From positions 1 through 29,466 of the IMG/VR virus record IMGVR_UViG_3300047457_000179: a stretch of 29,466 bases of DNA; one strand, given 5' to 3'. This document shows positions 7,541 through 15,366 of this stretch, in pieces (position 1 is the stretch's first letter; the number at the start of each line of letters is the position of its first letter). Made by a program: the position numbers and the translations under genes. Below the pieces are notes generated by a model that worked only from the letters and a program-made list of their open reading frames with translations, was not told the origin of the DNA and did no database searches. The stretch comes from a virus (Duplodnaviria; Caudoviricetes).

Positions 7541-7712
7541 TGGGGGTTAAGTTTAATCGGGTTAGTAAATCGTCAAGTACAGCCCATCTTGTAGCTGCAT
7601 GGTTAGTACCACTGTCATGTGGACCAAAGGCATCAAGCATTTCCATCATTTCATCCCGAAGCTCTTGCTCCATCTTTAGGATGATCATTTCCATTTCAAA
7701 TTCTCTTGTCAT
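7530..7712 (-). CDS. First early gene, hypothetical (start MTREFEMEM)
   Basis: ATG at 7712 lies downstream of the promoter at 7741-7770. Confidence 0.7.
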   Translation of the reverse strand: MTREFEMEMIILKMEQELRDEMMEMLDAFGPHDSGTNHAATRWAVLDDLLTRLNLTPNEK

Positions 7713-7740
7713 AACTAAATGTTTAAGTGTTAATACTTGA

Positions 7741-7770
7741 CAAATATACAAATAGTTTCGTTATTGACAA
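7741..7770 (-). promoter_or_regulatory. Early promoter TTG-N19-TATATTTG
   Basis: Matches the Flavobacterium-type -33/-7 consensus at the head of the early operon. Confidence 0.8.
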
Positions 7771-7783
7771 GTTATCAATATAA

Positions 7784-7802
7784 ATTTAGAATAATTCTAA
7801 AT
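7784..7802. promoter_or_regulatory. Perfect 9-1-9 palindrome ATTTAGAAT-A-ATTCTAAAT, candidate operator (Fur-box-like)
   Basis: Read directly. Lies 13 nt upstream of the -33 element of the early promoter. Confidence 0.65.
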
Positions 7803-7887
7803 AAGGAAATGTAAAAATAAGCGGGTGCAATCGGCAGAAATCCGAGTAATTAACTTAAAAGTGGTGAAAAATACTTAGATATTTAAC

Positions 7888-8664
7888 TTAAGAGATATTT
7901 TTCTTACGCTTATAGATGTACTCCTGGTACTTAGTGAATACCTGATGGTTGATTTTGTTATGCTTGTTGCAGTCTCGGCACCTTAGCCAATGGTGTACGG
8001 TTCCTGCTGCAGTGACTACCTTCTTGTTGTATACGTAATTAGTGCTACCACATTCAGGGCATTCATACTTCTCCCCTCCATGTTGCACTGCATAGTTGTG
8101 TTGAGGGGTTGCATAGCTGTTGAGCCTGCTGAATACCTCCTCAAGGACCTCAACATCCATCTTGCAATAGGCTACCATCTTATCCAGGGCCTCTTGGTCC
8201 TTTCTAAATACGATATCCTTCCACAAGTCAAGCCCTCCTGTATCCATCTTAGCACCTACCTTGAGCAGTTTGGCAATATAGTCGAGCTTGTTGCTATTAA
8301 AATTAAAGTATCTTTTAGCCCATTTAAGGGTGTCAATAGTCTTAGGTGATGGCATAACACCGATACCATGGAATAAAGCCCTTGTACGTAACCATTTAAG
8401 GTCAAACCTATCCCCATTGTGGGCCACAATCTCATCAGCTTGAGCCATTACTTTGATGAACTCCTTGAGCATTGCCTTGTCACATTGGCTCTTGGACCAT
8501 GTTAGGCTGTGGATCTCATCCTCACCCTCCCATTTATAGCATATGCAAATAATAGCACGCTCGTGGATGATATCCCCCGGGTTGATCGTTAGGTTATATC
8601 CTGTCCTCCAGAATATACCGACATTGAAGGAGGTCTCAATGTCATAAAATAAGCGTTTTCTCAT
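7888..8664 (-). CDS. RNase H-fold (DEDD, RNase_H_2/PolB-exo-like) 3'-5' exonuclease with C-terminal Zn ribbon
   Basis: FYDIETS, AHNGDRFDLKWL, NKLDYIA and YCKMDV, plus CPECG...CRDC. Confidence 0.85.
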   Translation of the reverse strand: MRKRLFYDIETSFNVGIFWRTGYNLTINPGDIIHERAIICICYKWEGEDEIHSLTWSKSQCDKAMLKEFIKVMAQADEIVAHNGDRFDLKWLRTRALFHGIGVMPSPKTIDTLKWAKRYFNFNSNKLDYIAKLLKVGAKMDTGGLDLWKDIVFRKDQEALDKMVAYCKMDVEVLEEVFSRLNSYATPQHNYAVQHGGEKYECPECGSTNYVYNKKVVTAAGTVHHWLRCRDCNKHNKINHQVFTKYQEYIYKRKKNIS

Positions 8665-9086
8665 CTGTTGAGTTTACTGAGTATAGCACTCCATGCTAAC
8701 CTAAGCACAAAGGGTATGGCTAAGCCTAACCAAAACGGCCACCATCTTACCTTATATCTCACCACCTCATGCTGTTTGGTAATTACATCACCTTTAATCT
8801 TCTCTATCTTGGTAAGGTACTTATATTCTAATCTTGTTTGCCACCTGGTCTTTGGAAGGGTCACTGTGCGGTACTGTATTACCGTATCGCGATATGCAAT
8901 AAATTTTTCCCACACTATGGTGTCATTCTTAATAACAGGTATGCTGTCAATGGTAGCTATCCGGATAGTGTCACTACCCACCTCAACCTTGAGCCCATTA
9001 GCCAGGGCACGTTTGTAGTGGTATTGTGCTCTCTTAGGAGCTGAGCAGGATACTATCAGTATCAATAAGGGTAAAAAATATCTCAT
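8661..9086 (-). CDS. Putative unimolecular spanin (lipoprotein with C-terminal TM)
   Basis: Lipobox MRYFLPLLILIVSC and C-terminal WWPFWLGLAIPFVLRLAWSAIL. Directly follows the endolysin. Confidence 0.65.
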   Translation of the reverse strand: MRYFLPLLILIVSCSAPKRAQYHYKRALANGLKVEVGSDTIRIATIDSIPVIKNDTIVWEKFIAYRDTVIQYRTVTLPKTRWQTRLEYKYLTKIEKIKGDVITKQHEVVRYKVRWWPFWLGLAIPFVLRLAWSAILSKLNR

Positions 9087-9730
9087 AATGCTTGTAACAT
9101 GGCTATCATTCGAGGACATGGGTAGATATCACTCTTATCTTTCCTCACACTGTTGTGGGTGTATATCCCTGGAGTACCTTTGAAAGCCTCCGTATCAATG
9201 GCAAATATCTCTTTTCTATAGGTCTTGGGTATGTTGTAGGTCTCACATAGGTACACCAATAACTGACGGGTGCTTTCTATCTGCTCATCCGTATACTTAT
9301 GCCATAGAACATGACCTTTGAAGGGCTTATCCAGGACAGTAACCTCCGAAGGATCTACCACACTCTTGACGTAGTTGATGTACTTACCATTCACCTGCTT
9401 CAATGGGCCCCAATTGCAGACCTCAATACCAACACTTAGCTTGTTAAGGTTTTGATACCGAAGTCCATGAGGTGCAAAGTCTTGGTTATCTATGCCAAGG
9501 TGATATGCCCAGTGCTTGGAGCTGAAGCATTGTACTATTGTACCCTTGTTTCCAATGACGAAGGCAGTAGCTATCCTGGTATCATTGCTGTTCCAAAATT
9601 TAGCAACCCCCACAGCATTGCCATTGCCTGCTGTATGGTGCAGATATATCTGCTTTTTGGTAGCCTCCTCTTGGAAGTATTGGTCATTAGATAGGCGTTC
9701 CTGTAATATCTTGGTTGTGTCTAATCTCAT
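9083..9730 (-). CDS. Endolysin, N-acetylmuramoyl-L-alanine amidase (Amidase_2)
   Basis: YLHHTAG, WAYHLG, SVGIEVCN, YTDEQIES and THNSVRKDKSD. Confidence 0.9.
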   Translation of the reverse strand: MRLDTTKILQERLSNDQYFQEEATKKQIYLHHTAGNGNAVGVAKFWNSNDTRIATAFVIGNKGTIVQCFSSKHWAYHLGIDNQDFAPHGLRYQNLNKLSVGIEVCNWGPLKQVNGKYINYVKSVVDPSEVTVLDKPFKGHVLWHKYTDEQIESTRQLLVYLCETYNIPKTYRKEIFAIDTEAFKGTPGIYTHNSVRKDKSDIYPCPRMIAMLQAL

Positions 9731-10178
9731 CTGCATCTTTCTTTAACTCTTTTGCTCTGGTTATTAAATTCTTAGCACTCACCCATAGGTCAATGCCCTT
9801 TACTGCCTTGTAATTTTCGTTAATACTCACCACCTCAATGGATACAAGCACTAAAGATAGCATTTTTGTTAGCATCAAAGGAACAGAAAAAAACGTTAAG
9901 ATGATATCATTCAGTATGAAATAATCAATGAGATAGAACAATATCACAGTTACCTCATACAGCAACATCTTACTAATGACAGCAGACAACCTACGTGAGG
10001 TTATTGGTTGCTTGAGTTTCTTGGCCTTCCATACTCCCGTAATGGTATCAACGAAGATGGCAAAGCCTATCAGGAACATGAGCCCAGTGATAGGCATGAA
10101 GAATGCACTCATCATGGATAAGTAAAGTGGCCACTTATTCTGCAGTGCCGTTATTAGAATTGTTAATTGTGCTCTCAT
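9687..10178 (-). CDS. Holin (Phage_holin_4-like)
   Basis: Several TM helices, DTITGVWKA...SRRL...ISKMLLY and IEVVSINEN. Likely start MRAQL at 10178. Confidence 0.85.
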   Translation of the reverse strand: MRAQLTILITALQNKWPLYLSMMSAFFMPITGLMFLIGFAIFVDTITGVWKAKKLKQPITSRRLSAVISKMLLYEVTVILFYLIDYFILNDIILTFFSVPLMLTKMLSLVLVSIEVVSINENYKAVKGIDLWVSAKNLITRAKELKKDADEIRHNQDITGTPI

Positions 10179-10359
10179 ATTGGTTGTATAGTATGGTGTA
10201 TATATCGTAGGTAAGTATGACCCATCCTGCAAGGCTAAGGTAATTCTCAGGCTGTTGGAGCAATGCAAGGCCAAGGCTAAGCATAAACACATGGTATGCA
10301 ATACCCAAGCAGTTAATCAATGCCTGCAATATCTTTAGGAATACAAACTGTTTGTCCAT
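10135..10359 (-). CDS. Small membrane protein upstream of the holin (likely start MDKQF)
   Basis: Two hydrophobic segments. Overlaps the holin start. Confidence 0.55.
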   Translation of the reverse strand: MDKQFVFLKILQALINCLGIAYHVFMLSLGLALLQQPENYLSLAGWVILTYDIYTILYNQYESTINNSNNGTAE

Positions 10360-10447
10360 CGGTTGTGAATATGTGAATATAAATCTCATCAATCTCCTCC
10401 CATTCGGTGAAGGTATATGTAATATCATTGACTGTTACGCTATGCAT
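10313..10447 (-). CDS. 44-aa acidic ORF MHSVTVNDITYTFTEWEEIDEIYIHIFTTDGQTVCIPKDIAGID, possible fibre-associated protein
   Basis: Translated by hand. Start overlaps the fibre stop. Confidence 0.55.
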   Translation of the reverse strand: MHSVTVNDITYTFTEWEEIDEIYIHIFTTDGQTVCIPKDIAGID

Positions 10448-11246
10448 ACTTCTGTACTATTACTCTTTTCCATGCTGCTATATCGGTGGCTGAGGCTGAG
10501 TGCTGCACGGTGAAGATGAGGTAATTATCTGCGGTCTTGTTGAAAGGTATTAAGCTAATGGCACTTGTATTGTAATCGGTTGGTGCACTTGTACCTGTAG
10601 CAAAGCAATTCATGTTAGTAAGGTCCACATATATATTCCTTTCAAACCGTTGGAACCTTACACTTGTACTCATTATACCTGCTGAACCGAGAAGGGTAGC
10701 ACCCGTTAAGCTGTTGGTGGTGTTAATGTAAAATCTAAACGCTGTTGAACCTGTACCACTGACATTAGTCCTATCTATGAAGGCCTTGATATAGATGGTG
10801 TTAGTTGTAGCAATAGAATTGGCAGGTATCAATACGGTTGCACTGATGGTATTATTTAATCCATTCACACCTAAGCCATAGCCATTACCAATGGTAGAGG
10901 GGTTACCACTACCGGTAACTGTTAAATCACCCTCACCAAGTACAGAGGCTCCGTTAATTGTCTTGATATTAGTGCCACTAACCAATGTAGCCTGCTTACC
11001 ATTTAGTTCAGTCTGAAGGTCAGTCTGTGAGCTCAGTGTTCCGGTGATGCTACCCCATGAGGCAGAAGATGACACCGTCAAATCACCTGCACCAAGTACG
11101 GATGCTCCGTTGATCGTCTTGATGTTGGTACCACTAACCAAGGTATCCTGCTTACCTGCTCGACCTGCAGCAACTGCTTGGTCAAACAATGCAGCCTCAT
11201 CATCGGGGCCCACAGGGTACTTGCTTGGTTTAATGTTGTTACTCAT
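10440..11246 (-). CDS. Tail fibre / receptor-binding protein
   Basis: Two KQxTLVSGTNIKTINGASVLGxGDLTV repeats, WGSITGTLSSQTDL and a beta-rich C-terminal domain. Confidence 0.75.
   Translation of the reverse strand: MSNNIKPSKYPVGPDDEAALFDQAVAAGRAGKQDTLVSGTNIKTINGASVLGAGDLTVSSSASWGSITGTLSSQTDLQTELNGKQATLVSGTNIKTINGASVLGEGDLTVTGSGNPSTIGNGYGLGVNGLNNTISATVLIPANSIATTNTIYIKAFIDRTNVSGTGSTAFRFYINTTNSLTGATLLGSAGIMSTSVRFQRFERNIYVDLTNMNCFATGTSAPTDYNTSAISLIPFNKTADNYLIFTVQHSASATDIAAWKRVIVQKYA
10917..11156 (-). repeat. Two 28-codon direct repeats in the fibre gene (11073-11156 and 10917-11000)
   Basis: GKQDTLVSGTNIKTINGASVLGAGDLTV versus GKQATLVSGTNIKTINGASVLGEGDLTV. Confidence 0.9.
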
Positions 11247-11662
11247 GACCCCACAATTGTATTGGATGTAAAGGTGTAACTTGTCTCCGTGTCAATTACA
11301 ACAGTCAAAACAGCATACCATGTAGTTGGTGCCGAACCAGATAATAAGTTGATACCATCGGTAGTTAAACTTACACTTGTATACAAATCACCACCTGCAT
11401 ATAAATCAACTGCCATCGATTGAGGAGTTATACCTTCCGAGAGATTAAAGAAAATATAAAGAAAGCCTGCATCTTCATATAACACTGGGCTCTCATCAAT
11501 TATTGTAACTCTATTATCCTCATCAATGGAGCTGATATCAGTCTCTCCTGAGTAGCTATTGATAACTACCGTACCATACCCCTCAAGGGCTCCGTTAACA
11601 GCAGCCATACCAAAGCCATTCTCAATGCTGTACGGTTGCCCCCATCCTATATCATTTGCCAT
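11243..11662 (-). CDS. Putative virion protein (MANDIGWG...SYSGETDI N-terminus, acidic beta-rich C-terminus)
   Basis: 139-aa ORF in the late operon. Confidence 0.7.
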   Translation of the reverse strand: MANDIGWGQPYSIENGFGMAAVNGALEGYGTVVINSYSGETDISSIDEDNRVTIIDESPVLYEDAGFLYIFFNLSEGITPQSMAVDLYAGGDLYTSVSLTTDGINLLSGSAPTTWYAVLTVVIDTETSYTFTSNTIVGS

Positions 11663-11729
11663 TGTTGTTATTTAAGTAGGTTAATAGTTTTTTTATGTTG
11701 TTTTTATTCGGTTTTCTTACAGTACCCAT
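11652..11729 (-). CDS. 25-aa basic micro-ORF MGTVRKPNKNNIKKLLTYLNNNNGK
   Basis: Translated by hand. Bridges the 11662-11717 gap and overlaps both neighbours. Confidence 0.45.
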   Translation of the reverse strand: MGTVRKPNKNNIKKLLTYLNNNNGK

Positions 11730-12457
11730 CCTATATTGTAATTGTTAGTATCCGGATATATGTCACCATTGCTGTTGGTATGGTACTCGGGGTAGAGTGC
11801 ATTGTTAAACTGCAGGTGATCTATCATTCTTTGCGTATAGTTTTGAGCTATATCCCTCTGCTTGGAGATAAGCATATCAAGCTCCTGCTTCTCAATGGTG
11901 GTAGCACTCTCACTGCTGTGCTTGAACACTCCCTTGTTAGCAATGGTATACACACTGAAAGGTAGATATTCTACCATGGCCCAATGGATGAGACAAGGCT
12001 TCACATAGGTAGTGAGTAGGTTGAGGTAGGGCTGTTGTATCTCATCAATGGCTTGCACGGTGATGGTAGCGTCATTGTTACCTGCTTGGATGGTTAGTAC
12101 ATCACCTACCGTGTAGCCTGTTCCTGCTGTTGATACGGTGTAAGATACCACCACGTTACCTGCTGTAACCAAGTCAACACCAAAGCCTGCACCTGTACCA
12201 CCTGAGCAGGCAATACCTGTTAGGTTAGTATATCCAGTACCTCCTGCAGTCAAGGCTGTGGTAGTAGGCACACCCGTACCACTCACCGTGTTAAGGATGT
12301 CATTCTTGAGTTTGTTGAAGAGGTCAGTACCGAGGTAGTTTTGAAGGTGAATATCTTGAGCTACCTTTATCCATTGGATGAAGTTGTCAGTATCCACATT
12401 GCCATTGACTGCAGTGTACTTAACGAGGTCCTGTCTTGTGATGAGTAGTGCTTCCAT
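11717..12457 (-). CDS. Putative head-tail connector/adaptor with a Gly/Thr-rich inserted domain
   Basis: Follows the portal gene. Helical halves (AQDIHLQNYLGTDLFNKL / YLNLLTTYVKPCLIHW) flank GTGY repeats. Confidence 0.7.
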   Translation of the reverse strand: MEALLITRQDLVKYTAVNGNVDTDNFIQWIKVAQDIHLQNYLGTDLFNKLKNDILNTVSGTGVPTTTALTAGGTGYTNLTGIACSGGTGAGFGVDLVTAGNVVVSYTVSTAGTGYTVGDVLTIQAGNNDATITVQAIDEIQQPYLNLLTTYVKPCLIHWAMVEYLPFSVYTIANKGVFKHSSESATTIEKQELDMLISKQRDIAQNYTQRMIDHLQFNNALYPEYHTNSNGDIYPDTNNYNIGWVL

Positions 12458-14319
12458 TATTTATTGTAATCGGGATGGTGTCCATTGTTAGGCATATCAA
12501 TAGGAGGGGTATTAGCCTCACCTGAGCCTCTTGGGTTAGGCTGGTAGCTCTTAGGTATGGTTGCTACCTGTTCGTTGCTTGAGAGGGCTTTATCGGGCCT
12601 CAATGTTCCATCGGGGTTTTTCTTCCGTTGGTATAGTTGCTCAGTCCAGAAGTGGCCACAATTCACACCACCTTTGAACTTAAATAAATCATAAGGCTGT
12701 CCTTTGTGCCCTAACTCCTCATTCACTCCTGCTCTGCTTGCAGCATCAATGTCCTCCAATCGGTATACCACTCCGTTGTTGGTCCTTCGCATCATCTGCT
12801 TGCAGAAGTCTCGGCTGTTATCCTTGTTGTATCTCTCACTGTACCGGTATCTCACCTTATAGATGGACTTATCCAGGTAGCTAAATCCATTCGGGTTGCT
12901 CTTAATCACGGATGCAAGTCTCTGCAACATGGATGGTTTGGGTGCCAATACTCGGTTAGCCCAATCCTCAGTGCTGTCATTATCGGCAGAGTACTCTCTC
13001 TCCTCAACAAGCTCCCATACCTCTCCATCCACTTCCTCCCCGTCAAGGTTTCCAAGGACCTCATTGAGCACCTCATCACTTACATCCTCTTTCTTGAGCT
13101 GTACAGGTGCAGGCTTCAATCCTGCCAATGCTCTTAACTCATCGGATGTCATGGCCTCAAGTACTTTAGCACTTACATTCGGTGTCATTTTATTGAGTGC
13201 ATCCGATATCTTAGTTATCTCATCAGCAGTAGTCAAGTCACCGCTTTGGTCTAATGGGTTCAATGTCTCAAAATACAGCTTCAAAGCTATGCCATTGTAA
13301 GCAAGTATCTTATCAAAGGCATCAAGCATTACCTCCTGCAATGGTACAATCACCATGTTATTAAAGAGGATAGCACTATTTTTCAGCTCATCTGCATTGC
13401 TTCCAAAGCCTGTGGTAGTAGCAATACCAAAGAGCAGTGGTGATGTCACGTTGTGACCTATCAATATCTTGCGTACACACTCTTCACTGAGGTACTTGTA
13501 TAGCTCGGGTGCTTGCTGTACCGGCATATTCTCAATGGTGGCAGCAGTCTCTTTGTTTTGGTTGAAGGATACCACAATCTTATCTCCACCTGGACCTGTG
13601 AGCTTGTTCATGACATCACTCTTAATCTGCTGTTGCTGTTCCTCCGATGGTACCCCATTGTTGAAGTTAAGAATAGTGCTCGGTGAAAAGGAGCTCTGTA
13701 CCAGGTTAATCATGTAGTCACTTGTCTCCTCCTCCAATACTGCATAGGGTAGTGCACCTTGGTAGTCAGGGTAGGCATAGTACTTCATCCCCACTGAGTA
13801 AGGCTTCACGAACAATATCTCAATATCATCCTTGGAGGTGCCGAAGGCACTGTATCTTGTTGGTGGGTATTTCTTTACCTCAGCCCAATTATCGGAGTAG
13901 TAATACCCTTCAATCTCCCCCTCCTCATTGCACTTCTCAGCTCGTAATAGTTGTACCGGTATGTGGTATGCCTTAGCTATTTTCTTGTGGTCCTTAGTAT
14001 ATAGTACCTGGATGGCAAACTGCCCTAACATCTTAAAGTCAAGGGCCATTTTTCGTACGCACTCCTTATCAAATAGAGCAATCATCTGTGCATACTCATT
14101 AGGCTTCTTACCTGCATCCAATGCTCTCAACCCTTTGCCGTATACCAATCGTGCTATGTTGTTGATCACTGCATTGTTGGTGGTGCTGTTGATGTATCTA
14201 TCAAGCAACCACTGGTAATGTAAATTGTTCTCCCCGTACTCCACCCAATTATCTCGTTTACTCTCTTTGATAACAGGGGGCTCATAGGCCGCTAAATTAA
14301 CTATGTGGATGTTGTTCAT
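12457..14319 (-). CDS. Portal protein with C-terminal MuF-like extension
   Basis: WVEYGENN, STTNNAVIN, YYAYPDY and GHNVTSPLLFGI...GFGSNADEL. The C-terminus has SRDFC...KGGVNCGHFW. Confidence 0.85.
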   Translation of the reverse strand: MNNIHIVNLAAYEPPVIKESKRDNWVEYGENNLHYQWLLDRYINSTTNNAVINNIARLVYGKGLRALDAGKKPNEYAQMIALFDKECVRKMALDFKMLGQFAIQVLYTKDHKKIAKAYHIPVQLLRAEKCNEEGEIEGYYYSDNWAEVKKYPPTRYSAFGTSKDDIEILFVKPYSVGMKYYAYPDYQGALPYAVLEEETSDYMINLVQSSFSPSTILNFNNGVPSEEQQQQIKSDVMNKLTGPGGDKIVVSFNQNKETAATIENMPVQQAPELYKYLSEECVRKILIGHNVTSPLLFGIATTTGFGSNADELKNSAILFNNMVIVPLQEVMLDAFDKILAYNGIALKLYFETLNPLDQSGDLTTADEITKISDALNKMTPNVSAKVLEAMTSDELRALAGLKPAPVQLKKEDVSDEVLNEVLGNLDGEEVDGEVWELVEEREYSADNDSTEDWANRVLAPKPSMLQRLASVIKSNPNGFSYLDKSIYKVRYRYSERYNKDNSRDFCKQMMRRTNNGVVYRLEDIDAASRAGVNEELGHKGQPYDLFKFKGGVNCGHFWTEQLYQRKKNPDGTLRPDKALSSNEQVATIPKSYQPNPRGSGEANTPPIDMPNNGHHPDYNK

Positions 14320-14320
14320 A

Positions 14321-14656
14321 TCAGTACATTAAAAAGTCATTAGCACTGCTTGGAGCTACGTAGGCAGAGCTGTTGGGTGTATAGTTAGCAGGTGCTTGGT
14401 CGGTGCAGAATAATCTATCTCGGTACACTTCCACTCCTGCATTGTCTTTCAGTATTAAACGGTAGTAGTGCCCCTCTTGACATGGGAACACTGCCTCAAT
14501 CTCATCGGTGTAGTCACCAGGTGTATAGGTTGTAATGGGTACAGCTACCTCTACATTGGTGCTCTCATCTGTGAGGTGCATGGTATCTACAGTACTTTCC
14601 CTTGGGATAAAGTAGATAAATTGGTCATTGACATTATCGGTGGTAACTACCTGCAT
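14321..14656 (-). CDS. Putative virion structural protein (start MQVVTT)
   Basis: ATG lies 6 nt after the late promoter motif. Contains EGHYYRL...VYRDRLFCTDQ. Confidence 0.7.
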   Translation of the reverse strand: MQVVTTDNVNDQFIYFIPRESTVDTMHLTDESTNVEVAVPITTYTPGDYTDEIEAVFPCQEGHYYRLILKDNAGVEVYRDRLFCTDQAPANYTPNSSAYVAPSSANDFLMY

Positions 14657-14662
14657 ATATAT

Positions 14663-14686
14663 ATAACTCACCAAGTTGTAAATTGT
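14663..14686 (-). promoter_or_regulatory. Putative late promoter ACAA-N12-TGAGTTAT
   Basis: One of four copies with identical spacing. Sits just after a terminator. Confidence 0.75.
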
Positions 14687-14690
14687 TGCC

Positions 14691-14723
14691 AAAAAAGAAA
14701 GGGGAGCAATGTGCCCCCCTTCT
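14691..14723 (-). terminator. Rho-independent terminator after the tail tube gene
   Basis: GAAGGGGGGCA-CAT-TGCTCCCCTTTC followed by TTTTTT. Confidence 0.88.
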
Positions 14724-14742
14724 CAGTTGATATGGTATACTA

Positions 14743-15318
14743 TTAAGTAGTAACCAAAGTAGGTGAACCTAACAAGGTAAGTAGGTCAGCCTCAGTATTA
14801 CAGTCAAGGAAGTTAGCAGGCTTCTCCTCCATGGCTTCAAAAGTAATTTTGTAACCATTGAAATCACCATACGCAATCCCACTTTCAACACTTCCTGCAG
14901 TTGCATCACATCCTCTGTAAAGACCTGCTAAAAAGAATTGGTTTCCGTTGGTACGTACAATGATGTGCGGACGGCCATAAGCCAAAATCTTAAACTGCTT
15001 GTGGAAAACAGGGTCTTGTCTCTTCAACTCAATGGTTAATGTTTGAGTAAAGAAGGTAGTACCATTCTCACGGGATGTGTTCATGGTGGTGTTGAAACCG
15101 TTGTTACCTTTAAGCTCATACTTGTAGATAGAGGACAAAGCAGGCAAGGCAATTGCTGTTATTTGGTCCTCAAATCCTGGAGTAGCATCATAGGTAACAT
15201 CACCTGATGGAGCGGAGTCCGGATCATATATACCGTAGTTTAATAGATATACCGCTTGGATACCTGAGATGCTATCCTTGCATTGCTCGGTGCGGCCATT
15301 TGAAATTGTACAAGGCAT
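14743..15318 (-). CDS. Putative major tail tube protein
   Basis: MPCTISNGR..CKDSISGI, SRENGTTFFTQTL, LAYGRPH and GDFNGY. Follows the MCP. Confidence 0.7.
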   Translation of the reverse strand: MPCTISNGRTEQCKDSISGIQAVYLLNYGIYDPDSAPSGDVTYDATPGFEDQITAIALPALSSIYKYELKGNNGFNTTMNTSRENGTTFFTQTLTIELKRQDPVFHKQFKILAYGRPHIIVRTNGNQFFLAGLYRGCDATAGSVESGIAYGDFNGYKITFEAMEEKPANFLDCNTEADLLTLLGSPTLVTT

Positions 15319-15331
15319 TTTATTAAGTATT

Positions 15332-15356
15332 AAAGGGGGCAGTGTTACCCACCCCC
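15332..15356 (-). terminator. Weak hairpin/attenuator between MCP and tail tube
   Basis: GGGGGTGG-GTAACA-CTGCCCCC followed only by TTTAAT. Confidence 0.55.
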
Positions 15357-15366
15357 ATGATTAGTA

